IMG/VR virus record: IMGVR_UViG_3300043748_000017
Span: 1 to 30,442 of that record
Source: a virus
Lineage: Duplodnaviria; Caudoviricetes
DNA length: 30,442 bases
Reading direction: 5' to 3' (one strand)
In this document: positions 26,889 through 30,442 of the stretch, piece by piece
Numbering within the stretch: position 1 is the first letter of the stretch
Layout of the letters: each line of letters starts with the position of its first letter
The notes under the pieces: model-generated
The model's input: only the letters and a program-made list of their open reading frames with translations
The model's database searches: none
Told to the model about the DNA's origin: nothing
Translations under genes and position numbers: made by a program

Positions 26889-27992
26889 CTAGCGGGTGGG
26901 GACGGCGGCTTCCCGGGTCTCGATCTCGCCCCAGATGCGGCGCACGCGCTCCTCGCGGGCGCGGAACCCTGCGGCCCGGAACTCGGCCTGCGCCTGCCGG
27001 TAGGAGCGGGGCGGCTCCATGCCGTAGCGCAGCCACCGGAGGACGACGTCGAGCTGCTCGTCGGAGAGCGTGGCGCCGGGCTGGGGCACCGGAATCCCGT
27101 CCGCGGCGGCGAGCTCTTGAAGGGTCATGGCGCCCTCGACCGGCTCCTGCCTCCGGGGCTTCGGGCGGACGGTTTCGGGGGCGGTCACGGGGGGTGCGGT
27201 CACAGGCTCGATTTCCGGGGTGTCCTGTGTGACCACCGTGTGACCACCCAGGTACGCGGGGGCGTCTCCGGCGACCGTGACCGCGGGCCGTGAAACCGTC
27301 AGGGCCAGCTGCCGCTCGGTGAAGGCGAGGGCGGCAGCACCGTGCTTCTTCTCGGACTCCGCGAGCCGGTCCTCGGCATTCGCGCGCGCCTTGTTGATCT
27401 CGGCCTGCGCCCGGGTGAGAACGTCCGCGCGGGCCATCTGCCGCTGCATCTCGCCGAGGTGGCCGGCCGTCTCGGTGAGCACGTCCGTGGTCGCCTCGGA
27501 CCGCAGATGCCGGGCATCCGCCGCGGCGAGCGCTCGGGCGTTGCGGTCAGCGGCCGACTGCTGAGCGATCCTGGCCGCGGTGCCGGCGTCGGCCAGGACG
27601 TTCCCGGCGAACAAGCGCAGCCCCATGAACAGGGCGGCGGCAACCGGGACGAACGCGAACACCTTCGCGTGGCCGAGCATCAGCAGGATCGCCGACGAGG
27701 TACCGACCGCGACCGCGGACAGCCCCAGCATGACGGCCATGCCGACGGTGGAGCGCTGCCGGATCGCGATCTCCGACATGCGCAGCGCCCCGATCCACAG
27801 GGCGTCGTACACGATGGCGATCGACCAGGCGACGACAGTGCCGAGCTTGCCGTGCAGACCGAGCATGTGGTCGAGCTGCCCGCCAACGGTGATCGCCACC
27901 AAGGCCAGCGACGCGACCGTCAGCAGCTTCTCGATGATGGCGAAGACATCCAGGCGGTGGACGACAGAGTCAAGGCGGCTGGAGATGTTCAT
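26889..27992 (-). CDS. spdB: SpdB-like spread protein
   Basis: 367 aa from ATG 27992 (SD GAGGAGGG): about four TM segments (YDALWIGAL), coiled coil, Pro linker, C-terminal LRWLRY..PPRSYRQA..FRAAGF...RVRRIW. Confidence 0.7.
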   Translation of the reverse strand: MNISSRLDSVVHRLDVFAIIEKLLTVASLALVAITVGGQLDHMLGLHGKLGTVVAWSIAIVYDALWIGALRMSEIAIRQRSTVGMAVMLGLSAVAVGTSSAILLMLGHAKVFAFVPVAAALFMGLRLFAGNVLADAGTAARIAQQSAADRNARALAAADARHLRSEATTDVLTETAGHLGEMQRQMARADVLTRAQAEINKARANAEDRLAESEKKHGAAALAFTERQLALTVSRPAVTVAGDAPAYLGGHTVVTQDTPEIEPVTAPPVTAPETVRPKPRRQEPVEGAMTLQELAAADGIPVPQPGATLSDEQLDVVLRWLRYGMEPPRSYRQAQAEFRAAGFRAREERVRRIWGEIETREAAVPTR

Positions 27993-28035
27993 GATCCCTC
28001 CTCTCAGGGATGGGGTGGATGGAGAGTCGACGGGC

Positions 28036-28230
28036 TCAGGCGACGTCGGCCAGCACGGGCGGCTCGTCGGCGTGCCGCAGGTCGTACTTCTCGGCGAGCT
28101 TCTCGATGCGCCGCATCGCGAGCTCGTCGCCCGAGTCGAGGGCGATCTCGTAACGGGCCTGCAGGTCCAGGCGGGCGCGCTGCTCGGCCTCGTAGGCGTC
28201 CAGGTCGGCGGCAATCAGGTGCAGAGGCAT
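28036..28230 (-). CDS. Hypothetical protein
   Basis: 64 aa, SD AAGGA. Confidence 0.6.
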   Translation of the reverse strand: MPLHLIAADLDAYEAEQRARLDLQARYEIALDSGDELAMRRIEKLAEKYDLRHADEPPVLADVA

Positions 28231-28268
28231 GGATGGTCCTTACGAATGAGGGGGTCAGGGGTTGGGTG

Positions 28269-28487
28269 TCAGGCGGTGGGGATCTCGGTGAAGGTGAACT
28301 CGACGAACGTCACCTGGTCGGGCTCGACACCGAATTCCGCAGCGACATGGCTGGCGATGGCTCCGCGCAGCCCGTCCGCGCTGGCCGGAAGCTGGGTGTC
28401 GATGTGGCCGTTCCGGGTTCCACGGGCGGTGGAACCGTTGACCGGGAACTCGATCAACGAGTTCACGACGTAGGTGTGCAGGGGCAT
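28269..28487 (-). CDS. Hypothetical protein
   Basis: 72 aa from ATG 28487, SD GAGGAG. Confidence 0.6.
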   Translation of the reverse strand: MPLHTYVVNSLIEFPVNGSTARGTRNGHIDTQLPASADGLRGAIASHVAAEFGVEPDQVTFVEFTFTEIPTA

Positions 28488-28586
28488 GACGGATCTCCTC
28501 GGTTGGTCATTCCGGGATGGAGTGGGAGGCCGCGGCACGGCGGACGGGGGGATGGATGTGCCGTCAGCGCGGCGGTAGGGGGACGC

Positions 28587-28664
28587 TCAGCGCGTCGGGT
28601 TGGAACTGCGGCGGTTGATCTCGGCGAGCAGCCGGTGCAGGCGCTCGCGGTCCTCGGCGCTCAC
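28587..28664 (-). CDS. Putative 25-aa peptide
   Basis: GTG overlaps the upstream stop (GTGA); MSAEDRERLHRLLAEINRRSSNPTR. Confidence 0.35.
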   Translation of the reverse strand: MSAEDRERLHRLLAEINRRSSNPTR

Positions 28665-28858
28665 GGCGCGGTCACCAGGCGCAGCGTCGGCCCGTCGGGC
28701 GTGTAGTTGACGAAGCCGGTCGCGAGCCGCTGGCCGGTCTCGACGTCGGTGACCGCGATCCGCAGCAGATGCGGCGAGTCGGGGGTCTCGGCCACCGCGC
28801 GCATCACCTCGTCGGCCTTCGCCTGCGCGGCGGTCAGGCGGTCGGTCTCGGCGCTCAC
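28661..28858 (-). CDS. Hypothetical protein
   Basis: 65 aa from GTG 28858, GTGA coupling, SD GAGGGG. Confidence 0.6.
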   Translation of the reverse strand: MSAETDRLTAAQAKADEVMRAVAETPDSPHLLRIAVTDVETGQRLATGFVNYTPDGPTLRLVTAP

Positions 28859-29067
28859 CGCTCGCCCCTCTCGGCCTCGATCGCAGCGACCAGGGAGCGC
28901 AGCCGGAAGTCCAACCCGGCAGCCGCCCCCAGCATCGCGGTGTGATCGTGGATGTTGGCCTCGGCGTACTTGTCCAGCGCCTTGCGGGCGAGCCCGAGCT
29001 CTCCCTCCACCGAGCACGGCCTCGGCGGCGGCTCATGCGGGTCGAACAGCGGCCTGTGGTCGCTCAT
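28855..29067 (-). CDS. Hypothetical protein
   Basis: 70 aa, ATGA coupling, SD GGAGG. Confidence 0.65.
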   Translation of the reverse strand: MSDHRPLFDPHEPPPRPCSVEGELGLARKALDKYAEANIHDHTAMLGAAAGLDFRLRSLVAAIEAERGER

Positions 29068-29306
29068 GCCGACACCTCCACGACCACCAGGAACGAGTCG
29101 GTAGCGATGTCCATGACGGTGAACGCCGGGACGCCTTCACGGCGCTGCTCCCTGGCGGACTCCTCCGCCAGCCAGTGGCCGCGCGGGGCACCAGCCGGGA
29201 AGCTCTCCAGCACGGTGCGCTTCGGCTTAGCCGGCCGGACGCTGCGGACCGCGCCCTGCGTGGCCACGTGAGCGCGGACGTCGGCCGGAGTCATCGCGGT
29301 GGTCAT
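29064..29306 (-). CDS. Hypothetical protein
   Basis: About 80 aa, TGATG coupling; FPAGAPRGHWLAEE motif. Confidence 0.6.
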   Translation of the reverse strand: MTTAMTPADVRAHVATQGAVRSVRPAKPKRTVLESFPAGAPRGHWLAEESAREQRREGVPAFTVMDIATDSFLVVVEVSA

Positions 29307-29752
29307 CACGCCACCACCCGAATCGCGTGGGCCTCGACGCCCTTCGGCATGTCCGCAACCGGAGCCGTCACCACGCCGTGCAGCTGCACCCGGGCGCCGA
29401 TGCGAGGCGGGGCGCCAGTACCGCGGAACGCGACAACGACCTTCGACGAGTCGACGATGACGTTCGCGCTGCCGCCCTGCCCGTCGTCCAGCACCATCCG
29501 GACCCGGCCGGAGAAGCTACGGAAGCCGGTGATCGTGCCAGTCGCGGTAACGCTATTGCCGACCGGAACGCGATCCAGGGTGACCTCGGCGGTACCTAGG
29601 ATCGAACGGCGCTCCACAGACAGGGCGCCGAGAGTCGTCACCTTCGCGGCGAACGCCAGCTCCAGGCGACGCATCGCCTCACGGGCGGCCGACGGAAGCG
29701 GGGCGGTGGTGCGCTCGGCGCCTACGGACGCCGGTACGATCTGCATAGCCAT
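29306..29752 (-). CDS. Possible OB-fold nucleic acid-binding protein; first gene of the leftward operon
   Basis: 148 aa; VTATGTIT...MVLDDGQGGSANV...GARVQLHGVV strand pattern. Confidence 0.5.
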   Translation of the reverse strand: MAMQIVPASVGAERTTAPLPSAAREAMRRLELAFAAKVTTLGALSVERRSILGTAEVTLDRVPVGNSVTATGTITGFRSFSGRVRMVLDDGQGGSANVIVDSSKVVVAFRGTGAPPRIGARVQLHGVVTAPVADMPKGVEAHAIRVVA

Positions 29753-29878
29753 GAGGGGACCCTTCAGAGATTCCTCGTGGTGAGGGCCGGCCTGCGAGGT
29801 AGGAGTCGCGGTGTCCGGCCCGTCTTCTTTTGTGCGCCGTCCTCGGACTGGGTCCGGTAGGAGTGGACGACGCGCTTT

Positions 29879-29893
29879 CCAAGCGCTGCTTGG
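29879..29893. promoter_or_regulatory. Operator-like palindrome
   Basis: CCAAGC-GCT-GCTTGG just downstream of the leftward promoter. Confidence 0.6.
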
Positions 29894-29907
29894 ATTCGCT
29901 GAGTTCG

Positions 29908-29936
29908 ACAGTAGGGGTCTGTCGCATCGACGTCAA
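29908..29936 (-). promoter_or_regulatory. Leftward promoter of the transfer operon
   Basis: TTGACG-N17-TACTGT. Confidence 0.7.
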
Positions 29937-29948
29937 GCGGGCGCTTGA
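29933..29948. promoter_or_regulatory. Operator-like palindrome overlapping both -35 boxes
   Basis: TCAAGCG-GG-CGCTTGA. Confidence 0.65.
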
Positions 29949-29973
29949 AGTGAGTCGAAATCACCCCTACGCT
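29945..29973 (+). promoter_or_regulatory. Rightward promoter of the repressor (leaderless transcript)
   Basis: TTGAAG-N17-TACGCT, 6 nt before ATG 29980, no SD. Confidence 0.65.
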
Positions 29974-29979
29974 CACCCC

Positions 29980-30219
29980 ATGACCGAATCCCTGGAAGCC
30001 GCCGCCGTCTCGCTGGTCGGCGCCCTCAACGAGATCAGCAACGACGTCGAGCGCTACCAGGCCGTGAAGGAGCTGGAGATCCGGCTCGATGAGGACTTCA
30101 AACAGATCAAGGCCAAGGCAGCCCGCAACCTGTACGAGGGCCGAACCTGGGAGCAGGTTGGCGAACTCCTCGGCGTTACAGGCTCGCGCGCAGAGCAGAT
30201 CTCCCGAGCTGCCAGGTAG
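29980..30219 (+). CDS. Small HTH repressor
   Basis: 79 aa; GRTWEQVGELLGVTGSRAEQI helix-turn-helix; divergent from the transfer operon. Confidence 0.75.
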   Translation: MTESLEAAAVSLVGALNEISNDVERYQAVKELEIRLDEDFKQIKAKAARNLYEGRTWEQVGELLGVTGSRAEQISRAAR

Positions 30220-30442
30220 GGATCGCAGATGCATGCCGTCCAGCCAACGCCTCCCGCGCGCGCGGCAGAAGGACACGTCCCCGACACGACAACGCCATAG
30301 CGAGCACGACCCGACACGACGGCGACATCGCCCTGCCGCCACCCTGCCAGACCCGAGCGCCACGAGCACGGGAGCCCCACAGTGGAAGTCGTAGAGACCT
30401 GGACCGGCCGGTCGGCCTGTCTCTTGCAGCAGGCCATGCGGC

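Larger units (their letters stand above)
22479..30219. mobile_element. Streptomyces conjugative transfer/spreading module (AICE- or plasmid-type)
   Basis: traB-like FtsK gene, spdB- and spdD-like and other membrane genes, divergent HTH repressor. Confidence 0.75.

Noticed and set aside
10764-28538. Longest-ORF starts from the track (e.g. 11372, 11898, 19486, 21770, 22391, 22624, 28214, 28538)
   Set aside because: They mostly overlap upstream genes; internal starts have SD motifs or stop/start coupling
1-30442. CRISPR array, tRNA/rRNA, integrase, transposase, reverse transcriptase/DGR
   Set aside because: No regular repeat-spacer array or recognisable motifs seen by eye

Overview
High-GC (~70%) actinomycete DNA, most likely Streptomyces or a relative. 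About 1-20 kb is a complete-looking siphovirus morphogenesis module on the minus strand. In transcription order it encodes HNH, TerS, TerL, portal, a MuF-like protein, scaffold, a mini Prp-family protease, major capsid, neck proteins, major tail, a tail chaperone with a -1 frameshift, an HK97-gp10 protein, a second chaperone paralog, tape measure, Dit and minor tail proteins. About 20-22 kb holds moron-like genes (membrane protein, secreted GH16, lipoprotein, MerR-type HTH). About 22-30 kb is not a normal phage early region. It is a co-oriented Streptomyces conjugation module (TraB/FtsK translocase, SpdB- and SpdD-like and other membrane proteins) headed by a divergent promoter/operator switch and a leaderless HTH repressor. 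No integrase, att site, replication or lysis gene is visible. Highlights: (1) an apparent conjugative prophage or phage-AICE hybrid, with a related operator-like palindrome in both halves; (2) a 62-aa Prp-like protease between scaffold and capsid genes, which share an N-terminal AWF[RK]L[ND]RH motif; (3) tandem GCAA(C/G)-loop hairpins before terS and scaffold; (4) duplicated tail chaperones. All family calls come from motif recognition and synteny, with no database search.
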